Assembly: GCF_006345805.1 (NCBI RefSeq)
Contig: NC_043019.1
Span: 19,467,360 to 19,531,359, forward strand
Reading direction: 5' to 3'
Origin: Octopus sinensis
Taxonomy: Eukaryota
DNA length: 64,000 nt
Of the stretch, positions 14,001 through 25,969 are shown one piece after another (position 1 is the stretch's first letter; the number at the start of each line of letters is the position of its first letter). The notes below the pieces were generated by a model that did no database searches, was not told where the DNA came from, and saw only the letters and a list, made by a program, of their open reading frames with translations. Position numbers and translations under genes: made by a program.

Positions 14001-15230
14001 TTGTAAAGTGTTTTATATACATTTTGAACACTGTTGATGAGGGGTCCTATTTTAAATAAGGAATCAAAGTTTGGTTCTCCACATACTGGGGTACTGCTAG
14101 TGTCTCTCACATGTAAATACTGGTTTAGTTTCACAAATCGTATTCATGACATGATACTAGAAACTTACCTCCAAAAGGTTCCTGATTGCTCCAGTAATTT
14201 GTAATTCTGGCTAATTGTCTTATATCCATAATAGTATTTATGGCAAAAAATGCCTGTATTTCTTCTATGGTGTAGGAAACCATAAATTATCTTTTTTTCC
14301 AGTTTATTTATATTCTGTGTAATGGTTTGTTTCTGCAGTGATAGCTTCAAACAAGCTTACTGGAAAAGATAAGAAAAAATGTCTAACAGTTTCACTTCCT
14401 GAGAAAGACTATGAGTAGACACTGTCTCTTCAGAAAAATTGTTAATAAAAATATTTAAAAACTCTTTACTCCATTCTGGTATAAAATTGTCCTCGCTGCC
14501 GCTTCAGTTTCAGAATTGCTGCTTTCAGTTTTGGATACAGAAATATCCGATTCATTCTGAAACACCAAGTCACTCATTCTTTTTCTTGATATCTCCATAT
14601 CTTCCATTGAAAAACCCTCAAATTCGGAATCACTGCTTGATAGCATGAAACTCCTATCCATTTTCAAAATTGCAAAAAATTGATGTAGAAAAACTGTGGA
14701 AAAAATTCTTCCAAAATTCACTGAGTTCAGATATCCTGTCAAACAATGTGGGTTACTGTAACTCAACTATTTACAAAGTGAAATCATGTGTTTCCATGAA
14801 TGTACTGATGAGATTTGTGTTCAAATTCACATTTAAATAGCAATGGGTACATTTGGCCAGCTACAGCTGGGTTGATCATTTGAACCAAAAGATTTTTTTG
14901 GTTGGCTATGGCTGGGTTGGTATCAAAAGGGTTAAAACGAATTTCGAGTTTTCCGAGCTGGGCTCTGAATGTCAAAATGAAGAAATGGATGCATACTTTC
15001 AAGTGAAAATTAAGGTTTTATTTAAGAGAATTGGTGATATTGAAAAATAATAATTTGAGATGTCAGACTGAAGGAAATGGGCAGAGAGAGAGTGGAAACT
15101 AAGTGATGATGTCACCAGAAGAGTTCCAAAGTGGAAGCTTAACATTGGTCCTTACTTAGGACAAATTAGTAAATGCATCTTTGACTGAATTCTACCCCTA
15201 GTGGAATTGGTTGGTGCAAATAATTATCCA
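11060..15230 (-). mobile_element. Decayed Penelope-like retroelement interrupted by piggyBac
   Basis: RT C-half GLYRD...NFLDVTLDL...HKPN...YINIQSTHP at 12008-12331. RT N-half (DISNYYFSIS..LLNKTL) resumes after 14935. Degenerate hammerhead near 11148-11271. Outer limits approximate. Confidence 0.75.
12422..14931 (-). mobile_element. piggyBac (PGBD4-like) transposon, decayed
   Basis: TTAA on both sides; TIRs ccttttcgttac / gtatcaaaaggg; SIDEGMVGYKGR..FQQYMPTKWGI motif; C-terminal Cys-rich domain. Confidence 0.9.
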
Positions 15231-15841
15231 CTTTCGGTTGTGTTCTGTTCTTTAGTATTTTGGTCAACTTTGATTTTCCTTATTTTATTTGTTTCAGTCA
15301 TTGCACAGTGGCCATACTGGAGTACCATCTTGAAGGGTTTTAGCCAAAACAAATCTAACCCAGTACTCTTTTTCTTTATGTCTGGTGGTTATTCTATTGG
15401 TCTCTTTTGCTGAACTGCTAATTTGCTGGAATAAAAACAAACCAACTGTGGTTATCAGGTTATCAGCTATGTGTTTGTGTGTGTGTGGGGGGGGGGGACA
15501 AACATAAAAGATATGTACACACAGAGAGAGGCACATATACACAGACATATGCATGCACACGTGCACACACATGGACACTAGAAAACACATACACATGGTA
15601 ACACGCACACACAGTCACACACTCATATACATGCAAATAATCACACACACCTACCATATTCTACACACATACAAGCAACAAGCAGACAGACTAACAATGC
15701 CTCCATAATGGACCAAGAGAGAAGTCATTGCAAACGTTGCCAATGTAAGAACTTTCACAAAAGCAAAACAAATGGCTGACTGTTTAATCAACAAATTAAA
15801 CAAATGATTGATTAGTTTCTTGGATAGATATTTAACCAATT

Positions 15842-16310
15842 CATCATCATCATCATCATCGTTTAACGTCCGCTTTCCATGCTAGCATGGGTTGGACGAT
15901 TTTGACTGAGGACTGGTGAACCAGATGGCTGCACCAGGCTCCAATCTTGATCTGGCAGAGTTTCTACAGCTGGATGCCCTTCCTAATGCCAACCACTCTG
16001 TGAGTGTAGTGGGTGCTTTTACGTATCACCGGCATGAGGGCCAGTAAGGCGACGCTGGTAATGATCACGCTCGAATGGTGCCTTTTATGTGCCACTGGCA
16101 TGAGGGCCAGTAAGGCGACGCTGGTAATGATCACGCTCGAATGGTGCCTTTTATGTGCCACTGGCATGAGGGCCAGTAAGGCGACGCTGGTAATGATCAC
16201 GCTCGAATGGTGCCTTTTATGTGCCACTGGCATGAGGGCCAGTAAGGCGACGCTAGTAATGATCACGCTCGAATGGTGCCTTTTATGTGTCACTGGCACG
16301 GAAGCCAGTA
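15842..16310 (-). mobile_element. RTE 3' end with an expanded 66-bp tandem array
   Basis: (CAT)n tail at 15842; ~4.5 near-identical 66-bp units at 16012-16309. Confidence 0.85.
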
Positions 16311-17639
16311 ATAAAAGAGTGGAATCGAACCAGTGCAATGGCTCTCCCCAGACACAACAAAACTTTATAATTTGTTTTAAAAAAAAGGTTCTCTATCATA
16401 TTTTAGCTTCTCAACACCTGACATAGGGCTACCTTTCCCCTCTCAAATCTTACCCCCAACTCGATTGAAGGGATTTTCTTTTTCATTTTTGTGCTCTTGG
16501 TTTGCAAATTACTTGTGTCAGTGTAAAATGGCTTACATTAGAAAAAGCATCCAGTCCTAGAAACCATGTGGAAGCCAACAGTTGAGCTCAGCACAGCCCC
16601 GTAGGATACTGTCTAACCATCCAACCTCTGCCAGCATGCAAATCAAATGCTAAATGATGATGATGATTCTGTTCTCTCTAAGAGAGAAAACTTAATCTCT
16701 TTCTCTGTCGTTTATTTACTTTCTGTAACATTCATTGTTAAAATTGATTCTTCTGTTTCAGAACTTTGTTTCATTGAAACGTTTGTGCATCCAGGTTGGG
16801 AGTGAGTGGGATCTGATTTGTGAAAGGTTCAACTCAAAGGATCTAAATTTCATAATGCAAAAGAAATGACAATTTTTTTTTTGGGGGGGGGGGTTTACAT
16901 TCCCGTGTCTGTTACTAACAGCATTTATTACAAACATCTTCCTCTCCCATTATCTTGTTTGAAGTTTTTACTACACAATAAGTGAACCATAACACACGGA
17001 CAACATTTTTAGCTGAAAGAACTATTTATGATAACAAAAAAGAAACTATTCTCCTTAACTGCCAATTTTCACATTGACCTGGTAAATATACTATAAACAT
17101 CTGAATAAACAAGCTATTTTTAGGTGTTTTCTCCTCAATCATTACAGGTATGAGGTTTTGATTTAGAAATTTGAGCCTGGTGCAGCCTTCTGGCTTCCCA
17201 GATCCCTAGTCAAACCGTCCAACCCATGCTAGCATGGATAACGGATGTTAAACGACGATGATGATGATTATAAAGAGTCAGTATTGCAATAACTGTCATT
17301 CCCACCCTAACAGATCTTTTGCATTCTCAAATTAAGAGGTCCCTAGTGAACCTTCAGTGAGATCCATGCTAGAAATGGTTAGGTTGAACTGTGAGTCCCC
17401 AAATGACTTTTGAAATTAATACAAAATAAGCATTATTTATTCTAAGACCAGCCTATGTTACAACCACCACTACTACTACTACTACTACTAGCATCAATAC
17501 CCTCACCATGATTACACGCACTGCTATTAACACCAAGAATGTCAAAAGAGCATAGGTCTGCCCGGTCAGAGGTGACTTCTGGCCAAATGACATTATCACT
17601 GTGTATTGCTGTTAATATCTTATCTCTCTTTTATTTCAG

Positions 17640-18703
17640 TCCCCAGCAAGAAGAAAATTTCAATGCAATTTCCAAATCCCGTCTATCTTAATATTGGTGA
17701 TGGTGTTGTTGTGAGAGATGGAGGAGGGCAGACAGAATCAGCAGGAATAACAGGAATGGTATCAGGAACGGCAGCAGCAGTTGGCAAAGGAGGAATAGCG
17801 ACAGCAGCAGTTAGCAAAAAAGGAATAGCAACAGCAGCAGTTAGCAAAAAAGGAAAAGCAACAGCAGCAGTTAGCAAAAAAGGAATGGCAACAGCAGCAG
17901 TTAGCAACAAAAGAAAAGCAACATCAGCAGTTAGCAAAAAAGGAATGGCAACAGCAGCAGTTAGCAAAAAAGGAATGGCAACAGCAGCAGTTAGCAACAA
18001 AAGAAAAGCAACATCAGCAGTTAGCAAAAAAGGAATAGCAACAGCAGCAGTTGGCAAAGAAGGAATAGCAACATCAGCAGTTAGCAACAAAGGAATAGCG
18101 ACAGCAGCAGTTAGCAAAAAGGAATAGCAACAGCAGCAGTTAGCAAAAAAGGAATAGCAACAGCAGCAGTTGGCAAAGAAGGAATAGCAGCATCAGCAGT
18201 TAGCAACAAAGGAATAGCGACAGCAGCAGTTAGCAAAAAAGGAATAGCAACAGCAGCAGTTAGCAACAAAGGAAAGGCAACTGCATCAGTTAGCAACAAA
18301 GGAAAGGCAACTGCATCAGTTAGCAACAAAGGAAAGGCAACTGCATCAGTTAGCAACAAAGGAAAGGCAACAGCAGCAGTTAGCAACAAAGGAATGGCAA
18401 CAGCAGCAGTTAGCAACAAAGGAATAGCAACAGCAGCAGATGGCAATGGCGAATCAATGACAGCAGATGGCGAAATACAAGAACCAACTGCAATATCTAG
18501 CACAGGAGTAACAACAACAACGACAGCTGTCAACAGTAAAGCAACAACTCAAAAAAAGAGAAGAAGACGCCATGCAGCAGTTAAGAAGGTAACTGGCAAA
18601 TGGTCAGGTGGTAAAGGGAAAAAAGTTGACAAGAAAATAGCAACAGAAGCAAGAAGTGTAGCAGCTGGTGATGGAGCAGTTGCAGCCGGAGGAAGAGTAA
18701 CAT
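17640..18703 (+). CDS. Candidate phase 1-1 exon encoding ~22 repeats of GIATAAVSKK (one 1-bp indel)
   Basis: Acceptor tctctcttttatttcag| and donor ACAT|gtgagt. ORFs 17606 and 18394 join if one A is restored at 18116-18120 (5 A where the unit has 6), giving 1065 nt = 355 codons. Confidence 0.45.
17761..18450. repeat. 30-bp minisatellite, ~22-23 copies
   Basis: Unit aggaatagcaacagcagcagttagcaaaaa. Confidence 0.95.
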
Positions 18704-18863
18704 GTGAGTAGGATGAGATAATTTTCTAGAAATGCCTCAGTAAATGAAGTCAGTGATTGTCTTTTGGAAATGTGAAAGTGGTTCTGTGTTTATGATGCGT
18801 CAGTGTGTATGTATGATGAAAATGACAGAAGACAACGTGGGAATGTATAATTATTAAGTTTAA

Positions 18864-21193
18864 CCCGTTGACGCCGAAGCATGCGAGACTCTACTCCGGT
18901 TTTTTTTTATCTAATGAGCCCACACAAACACACAAGTGCCAATGAGCTCACGTCTATTTACATTCGACATTACAATAACATAGCGTCGTACATTTATGTC
19001 TACCGGTTTATGAAAACGAACTATGTGAAGCTATTTATCAAAATATAATATGCACGAGTTATTCTGTTCAAGTTAAAAAAATAGCTTGCGTGTGGTACAA
19101 CTCAAAACACGGTATTATGCAATGGGACACATCACAGTCCGAACAGCGATATTTGGTTTTGTGCCTACGGTGGTGTGAGGTGCATACAACACATTTCCTT
19201 GCCGGATTCTGCTTTTTTTCTGTTGGCGGTATGAAGTGCGGGAAATGTCCTTGTTGGTTCAGAAGCCGGTTTGGAGTCAGTCAGGTGTGAGGATGTCCAT
19301 GTGTTTGGTAGTTGGGCAGCTCGGAAACTTCAATAATTTCATTTATCAAAGCCTTGTGAAATGCGAGTCCAGTTGCTTCACCACCCAGCATTTGCCAGAT
19401 CAGATGTGTGTTCATGAGTGCCATATCCACAAAGTACAAAAATATTTTTTGTACCATTTTCCGAATCTTTGTGCTGATCTGTGTCTGGTAGCCAGCTGAT
19501 TGGATCTATCCACCCCACACATTGTTCTGTTTTAATCCTGTACAACATCGGGTTTTATGATGGGGTCCCCCGCACGATTCCGTTTGCCAGTTTCAGACAT
19601 TGCAGCAGAGTGCATCGTACTCGGCATGGTCATGTACTTTCTGTCTTGCCAGACCAACACCAGGAGACCACTGTCTGTCGAACGGTATGCAGATTCTCCT
19701 TTCTCAAGTTTCGGCTTTCAAAGATCGAGGGCCATGTTCCTCCTGAAAGCGCGGATCATCCCACAGGTGTTTGTTCTCCTGGCCTGCAACTGCTGAAACA
19801 AGTCATGACTGGAAAACCAGTTATTCATATAAATGTTATACCCTTTGTGTAACAGTTCGTCATTCAATGACATGACGACATTAGTTGATGCTAGAACGTC
19901 TGCAACCCTGTCCTCGCCAATATATATTTTATAGTTCCAAGTATAGCCACATGCGACACCGGATGACTGACAAACTTTCTATACTTTCACTCCAAAGCGC
20001 GCACATTTTGTAGGGTTGTACTGTCTGAATCACAACCGCCCCTTGAATTTCCAGAGACTTCTGTCTGTGGAAATATCTTGTGTAGGTATATAGACAGTTT
20101 TGAAATTGTCTGCGACTGCGTCAACAATTGGCCGAAGTTTGTGCAGCCTGTCATCGGTGTTGACGCCCGAGTTAAAGTGTAGGTTTTTCAGTAGTGCGAA
20201 AAAATGATCACTCGGCATCGTGTCGGCGAAAAACGGTGTTGCCATTTAAGGGTTCCTACTCCAATACGAACCGAGTGTAGGTTTTCTTACGATGCCCATG
20301 AGAATAAGCAGCGCAAGTAACACTTTGATTTCATTGCCAGTCGTCGGGAAGCAGTCGGTGCTATGCTCGGATTCACGTTGAGAATGAGTAGCAGCATAGT
20401 TGTTTGTTTTGTCTGCCATATATTCGAAAAGTTTTTCCGTGAGGAACCGTGAGGAACTCGTGGAAGGGCAAAGTGTGATTGTTCAGGTTCGCTTTTATCT
20501 TGGAGTTGCCTGACAATCTGTATCATCGCTGAAAATTGTCAATTCTCCATTACACCACATCCTGCTGGCCAGGGCCATCGACTCTTGCCCTTCTGTTGTT
20601 TTGCGGCAATTGCAAAGTACCTGGATCAGAGTCATCCAAATCAGAGTTCGACAAAAACTCAGTCAGAATCACCATCAGATGAATGAAAATCATCAGAAAA
20701 GTCTGATCCTGAATCAACAGGACCTCTCGATTCAGCAGCAGCAGCTTAGGATGTGGGTGTGGTCTGATGCGAAGCAGCTGATGGACTTGGATGCGACTGC
20801 AAATTTGCTGAAGGAGTATCACCGGCCTCCGCAGCAGCTACAGCGACTCTGCAAGTACAAGGTCGCAGCTCAGTTTCACATGTAGGTGTTGGTCGAGCGG
20901 ATGTTTGACATGACAACGAGTTGGTTGCTGCAGGTGTTGTCGGACGCACTGTCGAGCGTAAATTCGCTGATGGAGGACCGAAGCACGAATGCAGAACTTG
21001 TTGTAATTGATTTGAAGACATTTTGAATTATGATGCATTTTCGCTGGAGACTCTTACTTTTATACTTCCTGTACCAATGCATATGCACGTAAAGTATCCG
21101 CATGTCATTGGTCTGCTGCTAGTCTCGTGACTTGAACGTAACCTAAAATAGCTAAGATAATGCACGGAACGGCGAGCATGCACACCTCAAGAG
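18864..21193 (-). mobile_element. piggyBac transposon (second family), decayed
   Basis: TTAA|CCC left end; DISTDRSLWKFKGRL..RQYNPTK..RFGVKVY motif; C-terminal C-x2-C Cys-rich domain. The right end is uncertain. Confidence 0.85.
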
Positions 21194-21824
21194 TTAAAGT
21201 ACACGATAGCGAACGTAAACATACGTCAGCCGCTAAAATGTCCGTGATAGGTGTAGGGCAGCTCTACATCGTATATTTACGTTAACTACGGGTAGGCAAG
21301 CAAAAGTGTGATCGCATATTTGCATCAACCATTGTCAATAAGTATGGAAGTGTCTTCAACATTTTGATATAAGCGTGTTTTCAGAGAAGATAGGTAGACA
21401 TAAGAAAGAAGTGTTAAGAACAGAAATAAAAAACTGAGTGTGACAAAAATCTAAAAAATATTTGTTGTCATGGTGAACTGACCAGAAGCGACCTAGAAGA
21501 AATGAGGTTTGAAACATACAAGAGCTACAAGGGAGATAATTGTGTGTAAATTATATATATGTACCTGTGTGTGTCTGTTGGTGGTGTATTTGTCTGCTGT
21601 TATTAATGAGTGGTTATATGTTTGTATATATACACATTCATGCATCTACATAGACATACACACATCCATGTCTATCTCTTGATGTGTGTGTGAGTAGTTT
21701 GATTTTATTTGTGGAAACCTAAATTTAATCCAAATTCCTTAAATAGACTTATCAAATCTTTCTGACTCTATCCGTGGTGTAAAAAAATTGATATATATAT
21801 TAAGTGCTCTTTCCTTTTAATTGT

Positions 21825-22150
21825 GGCTGTGTGGTAAGAAGTTTGTCTCCAAACCACATGGTTCCAGGTTCAGTCCTATGTGGCACCTTGGTTGAGTGTT
21901 TTAGTTGACCAAAGCCTTTTGAGTGTATTTGGTAGGCTGAAACTGAAAGGAGCCTGTTGTGTATATGTGTGTATTTGTGTCTGTGTTTGTTTCCCAGCAC
22001 CACTTGACAACTGGTGTTGGTTTGTTTATGTCCCTGTAATAAGTACCAGGCTCAGAAAAAAATAAGTATTGGGGTTCATCATTCAACTGAAATTCTTTGA
22101 GGTGGTGACCCAGCATGGTCGCAGTCTAATGATAAAAACAAGTAAAAGAT
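21825..22150 (+). mobile_element. tRNA-derived SINE
   Basis: Head tggctgtgtggtaag...ggttcagtcc (A/B-box-like). Related copies at ~15280-15460, 27480-27617, 31410-31562, 50650-51330, 52690-53025, 56970-57370 and 60507-60680. Confidence 0.7.
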
Positions 22151-22329
22151 AAAAGATACTAAGTTTATGTAACCCTTTACTTTTTCAAAGCCTCCAAAAC
22201 TAATGGGCAGAAAGGAAGATGTTTTCCTTTAGCTTGGCCTAAATGAATGAAGTATTTAGGTACCCAGTAAAGGTACCCAAGCACAAGATGATGTTGTTTA
22301 ACCAGGTGAAGTATTATATATAAATGGTA

Positions 22330-23140
22330 AAAATTTCCTGTTTTACAGAAAAATGGTTCAAACTTTAAAATTTTTCTTTAAAAAAAATTGTTGTTTCACA
22401 GAAAAAGGTTTAATAAAATGTTGAGCTTTCAAAAGTTAGAAACTAGAATCAAAAATTTTTTAAAAATTTAATTGGAATTTTGTTACACTTTTTGAAAAAA
22501 TAATAGTTTTAATAATAAACTCTTCTCTTCTCCCTCTTTCTTTTTCTTTTTTTTCTTCCATTCCATTTTCAATCCTTCCTCTTCATCTACGTCATCAGCC
22601 TTATCTCTCTTTCATGCCTCTTTCTCTCTCTCTTCTTTTCCTTTTCTCTTCTTTGTTCCACCATCCACCTCCTTCCATCTTTCCTCTTTCAATAGCTCAT
22701 TGTCCTTCTTCCTGGACCTTTGTTTTAGGTTTCTCCTCCCCTCCTTTTTCTCTTCTCTCTTCCATTCCAATATCTGTCCCCTTATGTTCTTAATCCCCAT
22801 CAAATGTGCTTCTAAAAGAGTGCAACAAAATCCCAATTAAAATTCTTTTTATTTTTTGATTCTAGTTTCTAACTTTCAAAGGGTCAATGTTTTTATTAAA
22901 CCTTTTTCTGTAAAACAACAAAGCCGACAGGAAGCGTTCGATACTTCCTAGGGCTAAACAGCGGTGGTGTAATTCCCATACGGGACTGTCACGTTAAGTT
23001 GACCGTATACAACCACTCTATCGCTTTACCACCGCTCATGTCTCTTTGAGACATTTAGAAATTTAACAATTTTTTTTTCCAGAAAAATTTAAAGTTTGAA
23101 CATTTTGTTGAACTCTTTTTCTGTAAAACAGGAAATTTTT
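22330..23140. mobile_element. Foldback/MITE-like element with ~150-bp imperfect inverted arms
   Basis: 22330-22476 is the reverse complement of 22832-23140, apart from a 145-bp insertion in the right arm. Confidence 0.65.
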
Positions 23141-23992
23141 CCCATTAAAATTTCTTGTTTTTTATTATTTAGATTATCATTCAAGTACCATTGCCATCAT
23201 TAGCTCAATTTCTGGTTCACCTCCATACCACATTTAAGTGCTTGTTGGCAGGATTAATTTCAACTACATATTATCAAAAGCATCAGAATTACACATTGAA
23301 ATTTATGCTTATTATAAATTTTCTATTGTGGCATGAATTTTGTATTAGTCAGCCATTATTTGGTTTCAGAAATTATTTTATTTTGTATAAGAGGCCTTTC
23401 GTTTGATTTGATTCAATTTAATGTGGCAAAAAGCAATGCACTTTATTTAAACAATATAAACATATTCCAAATGTTTACATTTGGAATAAAGGGCGAATAA
23501 AAATGAATCAGCTTTTTCGAATCATTAGACAGGAGAAGTGGCCAGATAAACAAAAAGAAGCAAATGGAAATGGACAAAAATTGAGGCAACACTGCAAGAG
23601 AAAGAGACAACAGAGCCACATTGTATAGCAGAGAAGAGAGCCAAGCGAAATGGGAATATGAAGATTCTTCAGGAAATAATGTTAAAAGATTTTAATTATT
23701 ATAATTATTTTTTAAAAATACAAATTCTTCAAAGAATTCATAATATAATATAATTTAATGTAATTGCTGTGAGAGAAAGAAATAGAGACAACAGAGTTAC
23801 ATTGTGTAATTGGTCAAGTACTAAACATAACTGACCCAACAAAATGCTTGGTTCAAATATTGGTAGATAGAAGAGAGCCAAGCAAAATGTGAATATGAAG
23901 AGGTTCTTGAGTAAAAAAAAAATGTTAAAAAGATTTTATTAATTATTATAATAATTAATTGTTATGCTATAAAAATAAAGGTTATAATACAA

Positions 23993-25969
23993 CTAGTAGC
24001 ATAGCCCGGCGTTGCCCAGGTATGTAAGAAACTTTGTCGATAAGCATCTCTGGATGTCCGAATAGTTCGTTGGTCTGGAGTTTCGGCAGATCGAGCCATG
24101 GCTGTGTTTGCAGCATTAGCAGCTTGGCGAGCTCTACTCTGTTGAGGTGTTTCGGCAGATTGGGCCATGTCTGTGTTTGTGGCGTCAGCAGCTTGGTGAG
24201 TTCTCCTCTGCTGTGGGATTTCGACAGATCGTGTCCTGGCGGTGCTAGCGGTGTTAGCCGCATTCCGAATGGCCCTTTGTTCAGGGTTCTCGCGAGCTCT
24301 GCAGATGGAAGCACAGGAAGAAGCCTGCATGTTTTGGCTGGACTGTTGCTCTTTCGTCAACCTCGAGCAGAGGGAAGATCTGTACGCTTGCAAGTCGGGT
24401 AGAATGGTCGCTAGTAGTTTCAGATGCCTGAGCAGTGGCAGAACGGGAAGCTTTTTGCGAGAGGTGCAAGGCGGCTACCTCGTGGGTCTCGTGTGCCTTT
24501 CTAGCCCTAGCAGCCGATGCCTTGGCCGTCTGAGGACTGAGGAGGGTCCTTCTCTTCTTGGGTGGCATTTTGGTGGATAGCAATGTGTTTGGCAAAGGTG
24601 TAATAAAAAGGAACACGTGGAGTAAGTATCCCAAAATGTATAAAAATGTACAAAAACGGAAAAAAAGCGGGCAGCAATGTGAGTGACAACAACGAAAAAG
24701 CGAAAAGTGACCAAACTGAACAAACAAATGGAAAAGGTTTTTTGGTGCACACGACAAAAGCGGCTTATAATAAACCAAGAGTTTGCAAGTAGCGTCCGAG
24801 GACCCTTAGGTAAAACGTTTGGGGTGGTAGTTATAAAGAAAGTTTAAACAAAAAAAGTATTCGAATAACTTACGGCTGCAGCAGCGATTAGCAGAAGTAG
24901 GCCAACGTGTGAAGCGAGCAGGTGTGAACCAAGAGAAGAAGTGGGAGTCACAAACTATACGCGCACAACTGAGTGTGTCAGTTCATGTGATTGGCCAAAG
25001 GGTGTTTAATTGAGAGCATTGTTCACTGTTTGGGAGCCAATGGGAAGAGCTGCAATCATCGTGTCAAGGACACATGTGCACGTGCACACACAACTGCAAA
25101 CACATCTACAGCCCAACATTGCTCGGATTTGAAGCAAAAGGAAAACATATGTCATTTCTAGTAACCTTTATGATAAAAGCGGCAAAAATTGCCTAAATCA
25201 CCTGAAATCTGCCAACTATTTAACAAAAGTCAGTTTTGTAGGGTTCGCCTGGTCGGTCTCAAAGTGATATGGCTTTGTCGATTTCTCCCAATACTTGTTA
25301 ACTGCATTGACAAAAGGTCATTAGTTTGACATTTAATGCAAACTTGATGTCCAACATCGGTGTAGGGAAAATCTATGTGAACTTTCAAAAAATATCGCAG
25401 AAAAATCGGTTTGCTATGTGTGCCACATATGATGTAATTAACCGATTTTTTTCCAGTAATAACGTATCCTATTGGAATCAAAAGGGCCATATAGCTCGTT
25501 GGAGCAGACATGATGCTCGCTGTGAATTTCAAAAAAAATTCCTGCCAATTTGTTAAAGATATTGTCGAAAATATGTCATCTTGAATTTGAACGCGATTTC
25601 CCAAAATGGGATTTTTTTTGATGGTAAGGTATTGCATGGAAAACTAACGTCAGAATTAAGTTCCTTAGGGTAACATTAAGCTTCACCATGAGTTTGGTAA
25701 AAATCGATTGCAAGTTGCGAAAACTACAACAGAAAATGTGTTGCATATGATAAGCTTAGATTCTTGACCCCATGTTGAATTTATCGATTTTTTTCAAAAC
25801 TGGGGGAACTTTTCAAAATTTTCGCTGCGCTAGTTTTGAATTATGACATTGGGCTATGTGTATGTCAAGTTTCATCAGAATCGGTTGAAAGCCGTGGTCA
25901 GGGTGAGGGTACAACCTGACAGACACACAGACAGACAGACAGACAAACTGCCTTATATATAGAGAGAGA
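23993..25969 (-). mobile_element. Internally deleted Helitron
   Basis: A|TC 5' end, 3' hairpin plus CTAG|T, no TSD. Frameshifted ORF with ETPxQR repeats typical of RepHel N-termini. Empty site at 27121-27195. Confidence 0.88.

Noticed and set aside
16012-16309. CRISPR-like array
   Set aside because: The units are contiguous with no unique spacers, lie inside a LINE 3' UTR, and have no cas genes nearby.
17683-18533. Minus-strand hydrophobic repeat ORFs (TAAVAIPFLL)
   Set aside because: These are the antisense shadow of the 30-bp repeat; the splice signals favour the plus strand.
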